36,375 nucleotides of DNA, from assembly GCA_041742355.1 (NCBI GenBank), contig JBGSIV010000228.1:1-36375 (forward strand). The letters are read 5' to 3'. Below, piece by piece: positions 35,967 to 36,375 of this stretch (within the stretch, counting starts at the first letter, position 1; every line of letters starts with the position of its first letter). This stretch comes from Candidatus Zixiibacteriota bacterium. GTDB lineage: Bacteria; Zixibacteria; MSB-5A5; GN15; FEB-12. A program made the position numbers and the translations under genes. The notes under the pieces were generated by a model, which did not search any database, was not told the origin of the DNA, and saw nothing but the letters and a program-made list of their open reading frames with translations.

Positions 35967-36375
35967 TTAAAACGCGAAGCTCATGGTGAAACGATGCACT
36001 TCTTCCAAAACGCCGAAGTCCTGGAAGGCGTAGTCGACGCGAACTTCCGACTCCTGGCCGAACGGCAGGCGCAGGCCGCCGCCGAACGTCAGGCCGTCCG
36101 CATCGTAGTTGAACCGGCCGCCCGCGCGGAGCACGAACATGTCGTTGAACGTGAATTCGGCGCCGCCGTTGTACTTCTCAAGGTTATCCGACGGGTGCGA
36201 TCCTTCGGCCGCCAGCGTCAGCACGTAGTTGTCCGCCTGCAGCGCGTCGATCGATCCGCCGAACTTGAAGTTGATCGGGAGCGGGTAGTCGTCGCGAATC
36301 ATGTTCATGTCGGGGCCAAAATTCGAGATCACCATGGCGATCTTGAAGTTGCGGAAACCGGTGTTGTACACCGTT
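35967..36375 (-). CDS. PorV/PorQ-like (UPF0164) outer-membrane beta-barrel, 5' part outside the window
   Basis: SNFGPDM..YPLPINFKFG, NGGAEFTF..LRAGG, VDYAFQDFGVLEEVHRFTMSFAF with a terminal F. Confidence 0.8.
   Translation of the reverse strand, partial: TVYNTGFRNFKIAMVISNFGPDMNMIRDDYPLPINFKFGGSIDALQADNYVLTLAAEGSHPSDNLEKYNGGAEFTFNDMFVLRAGGRFNYDADGLTFGGGLRLPFGQESEVRVDYAFQDFGVLEEVHRFTMSFAF

Overview
A high-GC bacterial chromosomal segment. The QNYPNPFNP-type C-terminal sorting domains, a PorV-like gene and the purB-psd-pssA-purS-purQ order suggest an FCB-group organism such as Zixibacteria (inference only). The first 8 kb hold a truncated ClC channel, a DAO-family FAD oxidoreductase, a secreted helical protein, a GNAT plus PLP-racemase pair, a HisKA-only protein and purF. 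These are followed by a lower-GC three-gene envelope islet and a minus-strand run: methyltransferase, ecfT, truA, transaldolase, purB, psd, pssA, purS, purQ, a small membrane protein, tatA and a hypothetical. The last part holds a fur-feoA-feoB operon with a Fur box, sigma54-preceded S8 and M6 proteases, a GT-C/TPR glycosyltransferase, a large lipoprotein and a truncated PorV-like gene. The most unusual content is intergenic. At least seven REP-like hairpin families (GTAG-, GTGC/GTGG- and GTCA-headed) are assembled into mosaics with a fixed 27-28 nt spacing rule. Two loci about 9.8 kb apart share a 61-bp ungapped head followed by co-oriented AAACGAACCCAA repeats. No transposase, CRISPR array, tRNA or rRNA was seen. 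All calls were made by eye; no database searches were run.
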